64,000 nt of DNA from Dimorphilus gyrociliatus (lineage: Eukaryota > Animalia > Annelida): contig CAJFCJ010000013.1 in the NCBI GenBank assembly GCA_904063045.1, forward strand, positions 294,623 through 358,622, in the 5' to 3' direction. The translations under genes and the position numbers were made by a program. Shown piece after piece: positions 62,041-64,000 of the stretch. The first letter of the stretch is position 1, and each line of letters starts with the position of its first letter. Under the pieces are notes generated by a model, which was not told where the DNA came from, did not search any database, and worked only from the letters and a program-made list of their open reading frames with translations.

Positions 62041-62239
62041 ACCTTTAATTTTAACATTAATACTAAATTCTTTTCATTGAATGTTTTGATCTTTTGAACT
62101 GCAGATGGAGTTTTGATTCATTTTTTCGCTAGATGGCAGTGATAGCGTTTTATTTATGTGAACGATAATTAGTTTTATAAAAAAACCTTTCACTAAAAAT
62201 ACTTGAGATTGATAAAAAAATTGTTGTTTTTTTTAAAAA

Positions 62240-64000
62240 ATGGCTGACAGCCGTCTAAATACACGTATATTCGATGGCGGTGAGAATAAAGACGTTTTAA
62301 ATTGCCCGAACTGTACTTCCAGGTTCGATAAATCGTAGCTACGCCCCCTGACCCTTCTTTCAAAAAATACAAACTGCTGACTCTTTTCTACAGAATTTAT
62401 CCAGATTGTCGAAAAACATCGACGAATGGAACCTATCTGACTACGTGCTTAGAATGTAATAAATCATTCAAATTTCGTAAAGAATCTATTCGCCGATCAG
62501 CCATCAAGTTGTCCGTCAATGGAACGTCACACATTGGTAAAGCAAAATGAAGCAAATAGCATTAGGAAAGACTTTTATTAAATAAATTTATTTTTCATAT
62601 CTATTATCTAGTTGACAACAACACGGCAGTCAGATTAAGCTTGAATGAATATCTGAGAGATGTTCTTCAATTGAAAGGAACAAAGGTTATGTGTAGAGAA
62701 GGCGGATGTGGATGTTGCGTTGTTACGGTTTCCTATATAAAAGATGATAAAACCAAGACAGTCCCAATTAATTCCGTAATTAGTTAAAGCTGTCTTAGGT
62801 TAATGTTTCTTTACAAAATTAACCATTCTTCAGTGTCTATGTCCATTATACTCGTGCGATGGTTGGCAAATTACTACATCGGAAGGTATAGGAGACAGAA
62901 GAAAAGGCTATCATCCAATTCAATCGAGATTAGCGGCATGTAATGGAAGTCAATGTGGATATTGTTCTACAGGAATGGTAATGAACATGTACGGATTTTT
63001 AGCTGACAGGAAAAATCCTACCAGAGAAGAAATCGAGTCGACTTTTGATGGTAATATATGCAGGTGTACTGGTTACAGGGCAATTTTGGATGCTATGCAT
63101 CAACTTCCTACTGATATTGAGGTAAAATATTCTATGCATTGGGATAATACGACTGCTTATATATTACATTATATTTATTTGTTTTTCCATTCCTTTCACG
63201 TGAATATTTTAATAGGATTTAGTTGAAAGAAAATGCTCAGGAGTGAATGATTCGATTTTCATTATATCGTCGGATGCACAATGGATAAGACCGGAAAATT
63301 TGGTCGACTTGTTCGACTTGCTGAGTAAAAGAAATGATTATTCATTAGTTTGCGGTAACACTTCAAAAATTTTATTTGAAAACACAAAAAACAATCAGTT
63401 ATTTATCGATATAAGAAGTTTGCCAGAGCTCTGTCAAACGACGGTAAATTTCCCTAAGTTGTCTCTAACATTATTGTTAAATTGAGCTTGAAAATAGATT
63501 ACTGAAGATTTCGTAAAAGTTGGATCTTGTGTTACGATAAGCGAATTGACAACGATTATGGATAAAATTTCGGCCAATCAGGGTTTCGAGTACTGTAACG
63601 AAATTAGAGATCACTTGAAATTAATCGCGGGTTCTCCAGTCAGAAATGTATAATGAGCTAAATTCTAGACGCGTTATTGATTTTAATTTCTCTAAGTCCC
63701 CTTATAATTTTTATCGATGTTATATAGGTTGGCAGTTGGGCTGGTAATTTAATACTAAGACGTTCTTGGACTTCATTTCCATCTGATATTTTGACCCTTT
63801 TTGAAGCAGTCGGGGCTGAAATAGAATTTGGTTTGAATTACTCATTTTATCTATCATTTGTCCCTGAAAAAATTGTAGAAAAAGCCCTACTTCTATTATA
63901 GGTTCCAAGATTGAGACAAAAGTTTGCAGGGCATGGGAATTAATTGAGATGCCCGAAGCTGATTTGGATAAGAAAGTCCTCTTGAATGTAATGTTTCGTC
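62240..64000 (+). CDS. Xanthine dehydrogenase/aldehyde oxidase (partial; runs off window end)
   Basis: 2Fe-2S motifs GTKVMCREGGCGCC, QCGYCSTGMVM, GNICRCTGYRAI; FAD domain CGNTS and IAGSPVRN|VGSWAGNL. Leading exons 62240-62322 and 62394-62536. Confidence 0.93.

Overview
AT-rich (about 70%) compact animal genome segment with small spliceosomal introns (mostly 57-110 nt). I can support about 20 protein-coding genes, reconstructed by hand from splice sites and reading frame. In order: coronin (partial), a MULE-transposase-derived gene, rabaptin-like+FYVE, a Ty3/gypsy Gag-derived gene, fatty acyl-CoA reductase, LMF2, an orphan class-A GPCR, a beta4GalT-family glycosyltransferase, a dynamin/EHD-like GTPase with two TM helices, ILRUN, ATG101, PRAS40-like, CNOT4, a BRICHOS protein, a Ly6/quiver-like protein, AP-2 alpha, a GPI-type Ig protein, a DEG/ENaC channel, ISOC, and XDH/AOX (partial). 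Gene content and a miR-980/745-type microRNA indicate a protostome invertebrate. The compactness is reminiscent of a miniaturised annelid such as Dimorphilus, which is an inference only. The best candidate for a novel system is an intact, intron-containing, pol-less and LTR-less Gag capsid gene (23699-24744, minus), a possible independent Arc-like domestication, with a faint decayed Gag-like frame about 1.5 kb downstream. Other highlights: a spliced MULE transposase with a broken catalytic triad; an intronic miR-22/745/980-family hairpin; a DEG/ENaC with almost no finger domain whose frame needs a GC-AG intron; a BRICHOS precursor with a Cys-containing C-terminal peptide; a predicted GalNAc-transferase with an extra C-terminal hydrophobic exon; and an XDH/AOX with an N-terminal CxxC..CxxC extension. 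No database searches were run; all family assignments come from recognised motifs.
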